From IMG/VR virus record IMGVR_UViG_3300014887_000003: a stretch of DNA of 48,796 nucleotides; one strand, written 5' to 3'. The DNA comes from a virus. A model generated the notes under the pieces. It was not told the origin of the DNA. It was given only the letters and a program-made list of their open reading frames with translations, and did no database searches. Shown in pieces: positions 27,785 through 38,244 of the stretch. A program made the position numbers and the translations under genes. The first letter of the stretch is position 1, and the number at the start of each line of letters is the position of its first letter.

Positions 27785-29024
27785 AGTCCCGTTGAATGAA
27801 GCCAAAGAACTCGTAAAGCAGCTCTATCTGAAAGGTCACAGGCAGAGCATACTGTGGCTCGGTGCACCCGGTATAGGTAAAAGCGAGGGGATTAAACAGA
27901 TAGCGGAAGAGTTAGCTGATATCAAGAGAAAAGAGTTTGAGCCAATAAAATTTAGGTTCCGTGGAAAGAAGTTGCTCAACTATACCACCGTTTACGAGAG
28001 AGCCGCAGCTATACTCAGCGAGCCTGATAGGTACTTTTCCTTCCTTGATATCAGGCTGACGGAGTTTGAGCCTGTTGACTTGATGGGCGTACCGAGAGAC
28101 TTCAAGCTAAACATTAAAGATCTCGAAGCTACCCTTTTTGACTACCAACCGTTCATCTGGCAGCTTATAGCTTCATCAACAGCAGGCATAGCCCTTTTTG
28201 ATGAGGTAACGAACGTCAACAGACCTGATCTGCGTACAGTCATGTACAAGATTCTCAGAGACCGCATGACTGGCTGGGTGGAATTTCACCCAGATATGCT
28301 CGTGATGGCAGCAGGCAACAGACCAGAAGATGCAGCTATCGCGAGCCAGCTCGATGCCCCTGTAATAAACAGAGTTCTAGTAATGAATATACTGCAACCA
28401 TCAGTTGACGATTGGGCTGAAAAATACATGAACAAATATGTTGAAGATTGGGACAGAAGGGTCTATGCATTCCTAAAGCGATTTGAAAATTTCATGTTCC
28501 AGAAGCCGCAGGATGTCGAGACTCTTGATCCATTCCCAACACCACGATCTTGGACTGAGCTTGCAAAAATTTCACACAAGATTTCAGAGGATCATCTGGA
28601 ATACGTAGTATATGGAGAAGTTGGAGCCGAGGCTGCATCACACTTCGTTACATTCGTCAGAACAAACGTTCCTGACCTAAGTGAAGTACTTGCACATCCA
28701 GAAAAGCTGGCTGCCCTTGACGTTGATGGAAAATACCTCGTGGCATCTCAGGTAGCCTCACAGATTAACGCCGAGCTTACGGCGAATCCGCACAAGAAGA
28801 CCGATGTAAAACCGGCTGTACAGAAGTACGTAAGGTTGTTCACATGGCTCAACCAAAATGACAGGGAAATACTCATGCTCATACTCACAATGTGCAACGA
28901 TAAAGTTAGGGTTAGGTTGCATGCTACAATGTTAACAATTCCAGCGCTGAGACCCGTTGCAGAATTCATGAAAGACAGTATTAAGCTCGGTTGGGATGTT
29001 GGAATCGATAAAACCAGAAGGTGA
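27750..29024 (+). CDS. MoxR-like AAA+ ATPase
   Basis: LGAPGIGKS, LFDEVTN, AAGNR, INRV and FPTPRSW motifs. Confidence 0.88.
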   Translation: MTQVEVASPIIKVPLNEAKELVKQLYLKGHRQSILWLGAPGIGKSEGIKQIAEELADIKRKEFEPIKFRFRGKKLLNYTTVYERAAAILSEPDRYFSFLDIRLTEFEPVDLMGVPRDFKLNIKDLEATLFDYQPFIWQLIASSTAGIALFDEVTNVNRPDLRTVMYKILRDRMTGWVEFHPDMLVMAAGNRPEDAAIASQLDAPVINRVLVMNILQPSVDDWAEKYMNKYVEDWDRRVYAFLKRFENFMFQKPQDVETLDPFPTPRSWTELAKISHKISEDHLEYVVYGEVGAEAASHFVTFVRTNVPDLSEVLAHPEKLAALDVDGKYLVASQVASQINAELTANPHKKTDVKPAVQKYVRLFTWLNQNDREILMLILTMCNDKVRVRLHATMLTIPALRPVAEFMKDSIKLGWDVGIDKTRR

Positions 29025-29458
29025 TCGCCATGGACTTTAGCGTAGAAAAAACGGCTGTTTACAAATTTTTTAACGTGTGTAGAGAGGATGTCGATAGTAT
29101 AACTGAAGTTGTAGCGGCACTAGAAGGTTTTGTACCAGACGTGTACTGGCACGAAGACGTTGCAATTGCAATAGTTTCGGGATCTGGAACTAACCACATA
29201 GATTATGAAGAAGCTACAGCGTATAAGATACTTACACTACAGGATGCTCTGAACTCTATCGGAGACAGAAAAGCATGCAAAATCGATCTCGTTTACAGAG
29301 ATCCGGGGTTTGAAGTCTACGTATGCTGGACTCATCGAAAGGTCTGGAAGATCGATACCACAGGAATAGGATCTCTACTCGATAATCCGCCTAAAACATG
29401 TAAAGAATGCGAGGATGCCATAAGAAGAGCTCATCAAGTGGCTGAGGGAACATCTTGA
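29021..29458 (+). CDS. Hypothetical protein
   Basis: Coupled to the AAA gene. Confidence 0.7.
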   Translation: MIAMDFSVEKTAVYKFFNVCREDVDSITEVVAALEGFVPDVYWHEDVAIAIVSGSGTNHIDYEEATAYKILTLQDALNSIGDRKACKIDLVYRDPGFEVYVCWTHRKVWKIDTTGIGSLLDNPPKTCKECEDAIRRAHQVAEGTS

Positions 29459-29574
29459 AGAAAATGGAGGACTGTGACCTATGATACGCTTCCCACGTCT
29501 CGGCTTTCCAAGCCGGAGACCGCACAGATCATTACTGTACAGAAAAATTAAGCGTCAGTTTAGGAGGTGGAACA

Positions 29575-30918
29575 ATGCAGGTAAAGGACGCTTATCTAAA
29601 AACGATGCTGCTAATCGCTAGAACGCACCCACACCTGTATTTCCTTTCTAAATACTTACGAGTTGTATACGATGAAAACGCACCGCTTACAATGACGAAC
29701 GGAAAAGTGCTTATAATATCCCCAACGTGGCTTGAATACAACGATAGAGGGCGTTACATAATTTTTCTGCACGAACTCTATCACGTGTTGCTGAAGCATC
29801 CGGTAAGAGCTGCACAGGCTACCAAAGCCCTCGGTTGCAGTCCAGATACTGCTTTAATTGCCTGCGATGCTAAGGTAAACTATCTACTGCTGTTATCGCT
29901 TGAAGATAGGTTCTCCAGAGACGTGTTCGAAGAGGTTGCAGAAATGTTGCCAACATACAACGTTGATGAAGAACTGCTCGAAAAGGGCAGCATAGAGGAG
30001 ATCATCAAGTGGCTAATGGATAATCAGAAGCAACCCATGTCACCAACTTTTGGCAACGACATAGTAGGGGGGGATAGTAGCAGAGATGAAACCCAAGATG
30101 GGAGTCAGCATGGCAACCAAGATCAGCAAGATCATGGAGATCATGGAGGTAGTAGCGGACAGAGTGATCAGAGCCGGCATGATGACAGGTATCCAAGCAG
30201 GGGAACCGGCAGAACGGTTGTGCTGAACGAGGGGTCTGAAACGCTACGCAATACTAAAGATGACGATGAACTGGATCAAAAACTCACAAAAATAATAAGA
30301 GATTCGTTGCTATCGGCAAAAATGGCTGGAGCAACACTGACTGCAATAGAGGAGAGAATAGTACAGTTTCTAACTAAGTCAAAAGTAAATTGGAGATCCC
30401 TCCTTAGGAGCGCCATACAATCGTACATAAGGAATACTGTTGTGCAGTCATATCAGCGACCGAACAGGAGATTTAGCCATCTACCGGGCATTAAGTCAAT
30501 GTCGAAGCCTAATGCATGGGTGTTCATCGATCTAAGTGGTAGCATAAGTGAGAGAGAATTCAATCAGTTCATGAGCGAGGTAAAGGCTCTAACGCAGCAT
30601 GTGAATTCTCTAAAGCTCATAACGTGGGATACATTCGTTACAGGTGAGTACGACATAGTGAGAGGAGATCAAATCGGAAAGATACAATTTAGAGGTGGCG
30701 GTGGCACGAGGTTCGCGCCAGTTATATCACAGTATTTGGACAAAATTAAGTCAGAAGATGTTGTAATTGTCCAAACAGACGGGATCTGGTATGATAAAAA
30801 TACGGCAGAACCTCTTGTTAAAAAGATCAGAGCATTTAAGGTAGCTGTTACCACAAGTGTGGATCTGGACTTTTTCGATAGATGTATACGTATTGAGGTT
30901 GAGAAAAACCCATTTTAA
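29575..30918 (+). CDS. HExxH metallopeptidase-like + vWA domain protein (DUF2201-type)
   Basis: FLHELYHVLLKH; low-complexity D/Q/G/S linker; MIDAS IDLSGS, GGGGT, QTDG. Confidence 0.85.
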   Translation: MQVKDAYLKTMLLIARTHPHLYFLSKYLRVVYDENAPLTMTNGKVLIISPTWLEYNDRGRYIIFLHELYHVLLKHPVRAAQATKALGCSPDTALIACDAKVNYLLLLSLEDRFSRDVFEEVAEMLPTYNVDEELLEKGSIEEIIKWLMDNQKQPMSPTFGNDIVGGDSSRDETQDGSQHGNQDQQDHGDHGGSSGQSDQSRHDDRYPSRGTGRTVVLNEGSETLRNTKDDDELDQKLTKIIRDSLLSAKMAGATLTAIEERIVQFLTKSKVNWRSLLRSAIQSYIRNTVVQSYQRPNRRFSHLPGIKSMSKPNAWVFIDLSGSISEREFNQFMSEVKALTQHVNSLKLITWDTFVTGEYDIVRGDQIGKIQFRGGGGTRFAPVISQYLDKIKSEDVVIVQTDGIWYDKNTAEPLVKKIRAFKVAVTTSVDLDFFDRCIRIEVEKNPF

Positions 30919-31119
30919 GGAGGGTGTGCTGAAATGAGGAAAGTTATAGTGTGTACTGTTAGAACACCGTACCCATGGGACTGTGCAGAGTGCCCTCTCC
31001 GCGATAAATGCTTTAAAGCTCATCCCGACGGTAGCCTTCCTACAACTGAGGAAATTAAAAAGTGGTTGGAGGAGTTAGAAGTATAGATAAATTTTCTAAA
31101 AAAATTTGGAGGTGGTGGA

Positions 31120-31860
31120 TTGATGCAAGTTGAGAGGTTGGTAGCCGAATTTGAGGTAGAAAAGATTGTAGATAAAGGATACGGATACGAAGAGAAATAC
31201 CTGTTGTTCAAGGGTGTCAAGATACCGTATAAAGCGATTATCAAAAAGGGTGCGCTAATAGCAATTGTAAGTAGAAAATATCACCTAATCCCAAACGAGC
31301 TTATTGAAGAGCTTTGTAAGCAGATTGCAGAACGCAGAAAGTGGGAGATCGTAGTCGATAAAACGGAGACCAGTATACATGTAAGCATGGGCAGAGATGG
31401 CGTTGGCGTTGTAGTTGCTAACAGAGTTGATGGCTACGGAGCGCTCAGAGTTGACCTGTACATTACAATTAACGGCGCTAAGGTAATCTACAAAATTAAA
31501 AAGGATGACGAGCTAGAACAGGTGTACAAGAAGCACTACAAGGGCGCAAAAATTGTGATAGATGATCTAGAAAAGATCGTGGATGCCGTACTGAGTAAAG
31601 TCGATGACCTCAAGTACCTCATAAACCGCATGGATAAAATTCAGGCAAACAAAATTTACGATGAACTTAAGATTTTGGAAGACCTCATTCCAAAGAAGTA
31701 CATACAAACAGCGATGCACCTCTTACAGTATAGAGTGACACTAAAGCAGTTCTACAGCAAGGTTGCAAGTGAGATCTGGAGTGCAGATATAAGCATGGAT
31801 ACCAAAATCAGATACTTCGACTATCTCAACAACATTACATTTGCAATCGTAGCGCAATGA
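31120..31860 (+). CDS. DUF932-like mobile-element protein
   Basis: VSRKYHLIPNE and VVANRVDGYGAL motifs. Confidence 0.6.
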   Translation: MMQVERLVAEFEVEKIVDKGYGYEEKYLLFKGVKIPYKAIIKKGALIAIVSRKYHLIPNELIEELCKQIAERRKWEIVVDKTETSIHVSMGRDGVGVVVANRVDGYGALRVDLYITINGAKVIYKIKKDDELEQVYKKHYKGAKIVIDDLEKIVDAVLSKVDDLKYLINRMDKIQANKIYDELKILEDLIPKKYIQTAMHLLQYRVTLKQFYSKVASEIWSADISMDTKIRYFDYLNNITFAIVAQ

Positions 31861-32432
31861 TAGATGAAGTAGCAATGATGGCCATTGATGAAATAGATGT
31901 GTTTCCAGATCTCAGAGACTATTTTTCAGTCTACATTGCTGCAGAGGGTACAGCCGACGCCGCTCCACCGATAGAACCAACTAGCTACGATATACACCTA
32001 TTTTTTGTACCAAACATAGACAAGTTCTACGTTATGAGGGAAGGAGAGACCACAAAACCTCTAGCTGCTTCACTGGATAGCATAAATCCAGTCTACGAGA
32101 GTAAAAAAGGTGTAATTACTGCTGTATCGAAGCTAATTGCGGTACAGGCACTAAAGAGAGATCTAGATAAGCTAATAACGCAGATAATAAACGCAAATGA
32201 TTTTGTAAACCCGGTTACACTACTAAAACCATTTTCAACAACAATTCACACGACGATAATTGATGTGTGCGAGAGCCCAAGATACCTTCTATTTAAGGTT
32301 GTGCCAAAGAAAAGAAAACGCAAGAAGATTACAAGAGAGATAGAGATAAACTACTTTTGGGAAATCGTCTCACATTGCATAAATAACTCTCCAGACAAAA
32401 TATACGTGTTCAAGTTAAATTTAGAGGGGTGA
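31857..32432 (+). CDS. Hypothetical protein
   Basis: Coupled ORF. Confidence 0.7.
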   Translation: MIDEVAMMAIDEIDVFPDLRDYFSVYIAAEGTADAAPPIEPTSYDIHLFFVPNIDKFYVMREGETTKPLAASLDSINPVYESKKGVITAVSKLIAVQALKRDLDKLITQIINANDFVNPVTLLKPFSTTIHTTIIDVCESPRYLLFKVVPKKRKRKKITREIEINYFWEIVSHCINNSPDKIYVFKLNLEG

Positions 32433-32438
32433 TAAAAA

Positions 32439-32729
32439 TTGGTGTTTACGTTGGGAGGGGATCACGACGATCAGATAGAGTTCCTTCTGAAGCAACTTCA
32501 AAAATTCCTTGAGCTGGAGGCCGGAGAGCGGAAAATTGGGCTCCACCACGTGGTGTATTTTACAGCAAAGTTTACCCTGTATCACATAGTAGGTAAACCC
32601 AAGGAGTGGCGCAAAGTCCTAGAAGAGTGCCTATCCGAGAGAGAAATGGATGACGATCAATTCAAGCATACCGTAGACCAGATCCTCGATGACTTGAAAA
32701 AAGTGGTCGTTGACGGAGGAATACTATGA
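32439..32729 (+). CDS. Hypothetical protein
   Basis: GAGGGGTGA RBS. Confidence 0.65.
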   Translation: MVFTLGGDHDDQIEFLLKQLQKFLELEAGERKIGLHHVVYFTAKFTLYHIVGKPKEWRKVLEECLSEREMDDDQFKHTVDQILDDLKKVVVDGGIL

Positions 32730-32887
32730 GGATCGTAATTAAGCTCACAAATGACACAGAGAGGAGAATTAAACAACTAGCGATACTCAAAGGTATCAAT
32801 GAAAGCGAGATTATAGACTCGCTAAAGCGGAGAGCTGAGCAGTTCATAATAAACGAGGTTGAACGTGAGCTGAGGGAGGTTCTATGA
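32726..32887 (+). CDS. Ribbon-helix-helix-like small protein (53 aa)
   Basis: Manual translation MRIVIKLTNDTERRIKQLAILKGINESEII; GGAGG RBS; overlaps both neighbours by ATGA. Confidence 0.55.
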   Translation: MRIVIKLTNDTERRIKQLAILKGINESEIIDSLKRRAEQFIINEVERELREVL

Positions 32888-33201
32888 GGAGGAACCCAAG
32901 GAAGACGAACATAAACTGGCTGCTGCTCGTAAGAATGGTTGAAGCTGCAGATAGTGTGGCTGCTGATCCGCCAATACCGGACAACATACGCGAGCTCGTA
33001 TTAAAGAGGGACGGCAAATGCAGAATATGCGGTAGAACAAAAGACTTGCATGTGCACCACATAAATCCCGGCTACTCATCAACTCCAGCTAACCTCGTAA
33101 CATTATGCAAATTCTGCCATCAGGTCGTACACTGCTTGCTATATGTTGCAGGAAAACATAAGTTTGTTAACGTCATATCGGGATTCAAGAAGAAAAGATA
33201 G
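32884..33201 (+). CDS. HNH endonuclease
   Basis: VLKRDGKCRICG..LHVHHI..NLVTLCKFCHQVVH. Confidence 0.9.
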   Translation: MRRNPRKTNINWLLLVRMVEAADSVAADPPIPDNIRELVLKRDGKCRICGRTKDLHVHHINPGYSSTPANLVTLCKFCHQVVHCLLYVAGKHKFVNVISGFKKKR

Positions 33202-33341
33202 AGGGGGTACAATGAAAATTGTAATCATACAGCCGCATAAAGGTGGATTGAGAGTTATACTGCTTAACGATACTTTCGAAATACACGACGTGCCGCTAAG
33301 CTGGGATCTGAACCAGATAAAGCCTTTCCTCAGGTGACAGT

Positions 33342-33971
33342 ATGATTAAAACCGCAGATCAAACGAAGTATCCAAGACAGAAATGGTCGGTGCTATACGA
33401 TACGCAGAGCCCGATAAGATACACGAGAATACTCAGACCTGTCGAATTTGATCTACTGGTCGAGGGTGTTCCAAGTTATGAGAACCGCATAAAGCTCAAA
33501 ATAGCTTTAGTAACCGGTATGAGATTCAGAGAACTTCAAAAGCTGCACAAGCACCCCGAATGGTGGAGGAAAGATGAAGACTACATTCTAATTGAAGAGA
33601 TAAAACCAAAGAGAAAAGAGAACAAAGTATACAGAAGATACGTTTTTCTGCCAGATGTTGCACGTGAGCTCTTGGATGCTTTCTTCTCAATGAAGCTGAG
33701 ATTCCCAACATACCAGACATGGGAGGAGAGCCTAAAGCGATGGGCTAACAGAGCTGGATTGTCTCCACTCTACATGAACGCAAGAATGACCCGCAAAACG
33801 TGGGAATGCTGGCTAACATTCAGCTTTCCGCACATGAGAGATCAGATACTGCTAAGTCAGGGTCACACGTCCGAGACTTCAATAAAACACTACCTTAACA
33901 CACCGTTTACGGAGGAAGATTTAATTAAAATGAAGTATTGGGTGAAAGGATGGGACAGAATCCGCGCTTAA
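33342..33971 (+). CDS. Tyrosine recombinase/integrase catalytic domain
   Basis: TGMRFREL (R), RKTW (R), QGHT (H), HY (Y). Confidence 0.85.
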   Translation: MIKTADQTKYPRQKWSVLYDTQSPIRYTRILRPVEFDLLVEGVPSYENRIKLKIALVTGMRFRELQKLHKHPEWWRKDEDYILIEEIKPKRKENKVYRRYVFLPDVARELLDAFFSMKLRFPTYQTWEESLKRWANRAGLSPLYMNARMTRKTWECWLTFSFPHMRDQILLSQGHTSETSIKHYLNTPFTEEDLIKMKYWVKGWDRIRA

Positions 33972-34112
33972 GGGTTAGAAGACGATGCGCATTATGCAGG
34001 TACTGGTATAATTTTAACGAATACAAGGGATACTGCATACTACGAAATATAGAAACGTTCGGAAACCAATCGTGTAATAATTTCAAACCTATTAATAAAT
34101 CCCGGTGATACC

Positions 34113-34310
34113 ATGTATACGAGGATACGAGAGATGTTAAAAAACTCAGACGATGTAATAGAATTCATAGAAAAACAGAAGCGCTGTTTCAAAAAAATGA
34201 TGAACGCCAAAGACGTCAAGTTCATCGGCCTTGGGTTTTTCTTTCTCGTAGACAACGACGTTCTAGTGAAGACTATAATTTGGAGTAAAGATCTAGATGA
34301 CAAGACATGA
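34113..34310 (+). CDS. Small hypothetical protein
   Basis: 65 aa, coupled to the helicase gene. Confidence 0.55.
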   Translation: MYTRIREMLKNSDDVIEFIEKQKRCFKKMMNAKDVKFIGLGFFFLVDNDVLVKTIIWSKDLDDKT

Positions 34311-36001
34311 TATGGGGGCTATATAAAGACGATAGGTTGCAGAGACCGCTCAAATACTCAAACGGAAAAACGCAGGCCGACGTAGTAGAAGACATACTCG
34401 ATGCCTTCAACTCATACGATATCGTGCTGCTACGCGGAGCGGTGGGTACCGGTAAATCAGCAATTGCAGCACATGTAGCGGCACTCATCGGAGGTGGAAA
34501 AGGAATCATCGTAGTTCCAACAAAGGTGCTTGAGCAACAGTACGTAGAAGATTACGGCGGTGGAAGGTTTTCAATAATACTGAACGATGAGAAGGTCAGG
34601 TTTGCACACATAATGGGTAGATCGAACTTCAAATGCCTATACAGACAGTGTTCAGCATCAAACCCATCACTACCATGCACATGTCCCCTTACGTATACGA
34701 CGTCAACCGGAAGAGTCAAAAGATACAGTAGAGTTGACCTTGCAAGACGGTGTGTACACTGGTCACCAATAGTGGGAGAAGAGTTAACCAAAACATACGG
34801 AGAGAAACTATCAGATGCCCAGCAAATACATTACCTATCAGTAAGGGGCAAGAAAACGATGTTCGTTAGAGATCCTTGCCCATTTTACAAGCAGTTTCTG
34901 TACTATGCAGGAGATAATATAATACTGATGAATATGTCAATATGGGAAGCGGAGACGTTCAACGGCAGAAAGCCACTGACAAATATCGAGATAATAGACG
35001 AGGGAGACTTATGGCTTGATTCACTTACATTCGAGAGAGCAATATCAATAAAAACTATTATGAGGCTCATAGATTTGTACGAGGACGACGAAGATGTGAT
35101 TCGCAAACTTGAGGAGCTGTTGGTGAACCTAACAGAGCTCCTGCACAAGTACGACGGGTATCTTGGTACGATCACAGACGACTGGAGAGAGTTTCTTGAA
35201 GAGTACTGCGACACATTCGACGAAATAGGCAGAGAAGCCCGTATTGAGCCGCTACTTAAAGTTGGTAGAGTGTACATGTCCGTAGATTCAGGATGGGAGA
35301 GGGTCAGGTTTTTTGTGCCAGATCTTAAATCCGTTCTCAAATCAACACTTGAAAGGTGTGCAAAGAAGATATTGCTCATGTCGGCAACGTTTCAGCCCTT
35401 TGACGTACTAAAAGACGTATACGGCATAGACGATATTGGAATAGTTGAAGGGGAGACGAGGTTTCCCGGCACCGTATTCTTAAAGCGTACTGGAAAGGAG
35501 AGCTACGTAAGTCACAAAAGATGGCAAAATGAGGAGTTCAGAAAGAAGTACCACAAGTGTCTGGATGAGATACTAAAAAAGGCCAAAAGACCTCTACTCG
35601 TACACGTACATGCGAAGAAGTATCTGCCAGATAACGTAAAACTAGATTGTCTAAAAGATGCTTCAGTATTCAGAGAGGAGTTCGATGAAGTTTGGTCTAC
35701 TATCGCAAAACGTGGTCTCGATTTGAGAGGAGACAGATGTAGATCGATCTGCATACTGAAGTATCCGTTCCCGGACTTGAGTGATGGTATGCTTCAGGCA
35801 ATAAGACTGCTGCTAGGTGATGATGCTTTCTTCAGATACTACCGGGATAAAGCCGACAGGGAGCTTATACAGCAGATAGGGAGAGCTGTAAGAAGCAAAG
35901 ACGATTGGGTCGAGGTATGGTCTCCTGACTTAACGGTGCACATGGCAGTAAGATACAAGTGGAAGGGTAAACTCATTGCTGATACTGTTTTAGATATTTA
36001 A
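34307..36001 (+). CDS. Superfamily 2 helicase, DinG/XPD-like
   Basis: GAVGTGKS, IIDEGD, LMSAT, RGLDLRGD, KYPFP, QQIGRAVR; Cys cluster in the Fe-S position. Confidence 0.88.
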   Translation: MIWGLYKDDRLQRPLKYSNGKTQADVVEDILDAFNSYDIVLLRGAVGTGKSAIAAHVAALIGGGKGIIVVPTKVLEQQYVEDYGGGRFSIILNDEKVRFAHIMGRSNFKCLYRQCSASNPSLPCTCPLTYTTSTGRVKRYSRVDLARRCVHWSPIVGEELTKTYGEKLSDAQQIHYLSVRGKKTMFVRDPCPFYKQFLYYAGDNIILMNMSIWEAETFNGRKPLTNIEIIDEGDLWLDSLTFERAISIKTIMRLIDLYEDDEDVIRKLEELLVNLTELLHKYDGYLGTITDDWREFLEEYCDTFDEIGREARIEPLLKVGRVYMSVDSGWERVRFFVPDLKSVLKSTLERCAKKILLMSATFQPFDVLKDVYGIDDIGIVEGETRFPGTVFLKRTGKESYVSHKRWQNEEFRKKYHKCLDEILKKAKRPLLVHVHAKKYLPDNVKLDCLKDASVFREEFDEVWSTIAKRGLDLRGDRCRSICILKYPFPDLSDGMLQAIRLLLGDDAFFRYYRDKADRELIQQIGRAVRSKDDWVEVWSPDLTVHMAVRYKWKGKLIADTVLDI

Positions 36002-36023
36002 ACGAGTTTGGAGGTGTCAGAGG

Positions 36024-36323
36024 ATGGATGTAGAAAAAGCCATTAAGAGGTTATTCGACGCTTATGCAAGACTTCTCGACAGGGTAAACAAGATCGAAAA
36101 AGATGTCAAAGCAATCAAAGAAAACGTTGATTGGTTAATGGATGAATTAAGAGTACAAATTAGAGAGATCGAAGAGATGGGTAAATACAAGAGAGAAAAT
36201 TGCGCAAACCTTGTTAATGGTAAGTGTACAATGTGGCAATGGTCTATTACCAAGCAGCCATTACGACCGAGTAAAGTTTGGTGCGCCGTTTGTTGGATGT
36301 ACAAAAAAAGAGAGGTACATTGA
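36024..36323 (+). CDS. Coiled-coil + Cys-motif protein
   Basis: GGAGGTG RBS; C...C..W and CAVC motifs. Confidence 0.7.
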   Translation: MDVEKAIKRLFDAYARLLDRVNKIEKDVKAIKENVDWLMDELRVQIREIEEMGKYKRENCANLVNGKCTMWQWSITKQPLRPSKVWCAVCWMYKKREVH

Positions 36324-36363
36324 TGCCTCCAACTCTGAATCGTCCTAAAATAGTGTATGAAAA

Positions 36364-36957
36364 GTGGTGAATATGAGAGAGATAATTGGGAGATTAAGCA
36401 AATACGACATTAAAGAGCTGAGCGATGGTAGAGTTGTGGTTTTCACGAATAGGACTTACCCGGACGGTGATGTTGTCTCGCTAATCATTGAACGACGTGA
36501 TGGTGTGCTCATTCTCACAGACGCAGGAGAGACACTTAGCAACGTATATTCGAGGTTCGGGACTGAAATACCTACAAAACTCGCACGAGAGATTGCATCA
36601 TCACTGGGAGTAAAATTCGCTGATGGCGAGTTCTACGTTGAGATAGATAGAGAAGAGGCAGTAACTGAGCTCATAGAGGTGCTATCTAGTACCGTAGAGC
36701 ATGTTGCAAAATTGTGTGAGATATTTATCGAGTTCATAACATCGGATATACATGCAGTATGCACTAATTGTGGATACAATGAGCGGGTTAGCTTTGATAA
36801 AGCGCTAGAGCTTGCTGAAGCTGGCTGCGACAGGTGCGGATCACGTGTATTTCTTTACACAATTGGAAGAAAAGGCAAACCAACGATCGTCCATATTTGG
36901 GTCGGAAAGGGAAATTGGACTGAACTCGTAAAATCATTTAAAGATACTAAAGCGTAA
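36364..36957 (+). CDS. DUF1828-like domain + Zn ribbon protein
   Basis: YPDGDVVSLII..LTDAGETL; CTNC and CDRC. Confidence 0.65.
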   Translation: MVNMREIIGRLSKYDIKELSDGRVVVFTNRTYPDGDVVSLIIERRDGVLILTDAGETLSNVYSRFGTEIPTKLAREIASSLGVKFADGEFYVEIDREEAVTELIEVLSSTVEHVAKLCEIFIEFITSDIHAVCTNCGYNERVSFDKALELAEAGCDRCGSRVFLYTIGRKGKPTIVHIWVGKGNWTELVKSFKDTKA

Positions 36958-36969
36958 AGGGGGTATTTA

Positions 36970-37191
36970 ATGGCACGTAAATACGTCTGCCCACGATGTG
37001 GAAGAGAGTTTACGAGCTCTGAGTCTGAGTGGAAGCACTTCAAGAACGAACATGTTGGCAAACTCAGTGATGAGAGTATAGAGTACCTGCTACTGAATGG
37101 AGTTAAACCAGATAGAATAATAGCACACGGAGCAGAGCCCAAGAGAGTGTATAAAATTGCAAGAAAATTGATGAAAGAGGGTAAACTCTGA
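36970..37191 (+). CDS. C2H2 zinc-finger protein
   Basis: YVCPRCGREF..WKHFKNEH. Confidence 0.85.
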   Translation: MARKYVCPRCGREFTSSESEWKHFKNEHVGKLSDESIEYLLLNGVKPDRIIAHGAEPKRVYKIARKLMKEGKL

Positions 37192-37751
37192 TGAAGGTAA
37201 AAGAAGGTGATGTGGTTAGGTGCGCATACTGCAAGAGGCCTATAGTCATAAACCAAAAGTTGCTGCCGATCGCACGGCGTGGCTCAAACCTATTCTGCAG
37301 CACAGAGTGTGAAGACCTATATCACGGAGAGAGGCTTGTAAACTGGAAAGAGCTTATAAAATACATATCGGAGTGTGGTAGATGTTACCAGCAAGATATC
37401 GCACGTAGATTTGGTATTGAGGGTGGCTACAGGATCAGATTGAGCAAGTACCTAAAAGTTCTGGAACGTAAAGGAATTATATATATTTTTAAAAATGGTG
37501 AGCAAAATATAATAGAGTTAAGAGAGGTGATGCGTGTTATGTCGGTAGACGACATCAAGAATTTTGAGGAACTTGTTAAAAAAGTTGAGGAAATATCGCA
37601 GAAAAAGGACTACACAAAAGAGATAGAAGAGCTCCGAACAGAAATAACGAATATAAAGGAGTATATAGACAAAGAAATCAGTACGATAAACAGAAAGCTG
37701 AATATACTGAAGGCCGCTGTTGAGAGGCTTGTTGAGGCGTTTACGAAGTAA
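37191..37751 (+). CDS. Zn-finger + winged-helix + coiled-coil regulator
   Basis: CAYC..FCSTEC; QQDIARRFG..LSKYLKVLERKGII. Confidence 0.7.
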   Translation: MKVKEGDVVRCAYCKRPIVINQKLLPIARRGSNLFCSTECEDLYHGERLVNWKELIKYISECGRCYQQDIARRFGIEGGYRIRLSKYLKVLERKGIIYIFKNGEQNIIELREVMRVMSVDDIKNFEELVKKVEEISQKKDYTKEIEELRTEITNIKEYIDKEISTINRKLNILKAAVERLVEAFTK

Positions 37752-38244
37752 GGAGGTGTTTGTATGGATGCGTTTGGATACGTCGTATTTGGAGCCGCTT
37801 TTTTGTTTTCGGGCTATGTAACTTTCTTCGTACTACCAAAGTTCACGAAGTGGTATACAAGACGACAGGTTATATCCTGCATAGAGCGTGACGAGAAGTT
37901 GCGAAAAGAAGTTGAAGAGAGGTTCTTCTGGAGGTAAATGGTGACTTCATATCTAAAGGAACGAATTAAAGTACTGATTGAAGTGGAAGACAGGATAAGA
38001 GAGATCGAAGCACAGATACAGATGCTTGAAAGGGAGAAAAAAGAGTTAATAGCAAAATTCGAGTTTCTGCTAGCCGAAATACGGAAAATTGTCAAAGAAC
38101 ATGAGGGCTGACCGCACTCTAAAGGGGTTCACTTTTAATCCCGTAGCTACCGCCCACCTCCGCAATGCAGCCACATATTTTGCCCCCGGAGAATTGCGGT
38201 CGGCCTGAGGGCAAATATATTTATAGTAAAACATAGAATACCTC

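Noticed and set aside
33972-34112. att site next to the integrase
   Set aside because: No tRNA fragment or repeat partner identifiable within the window.
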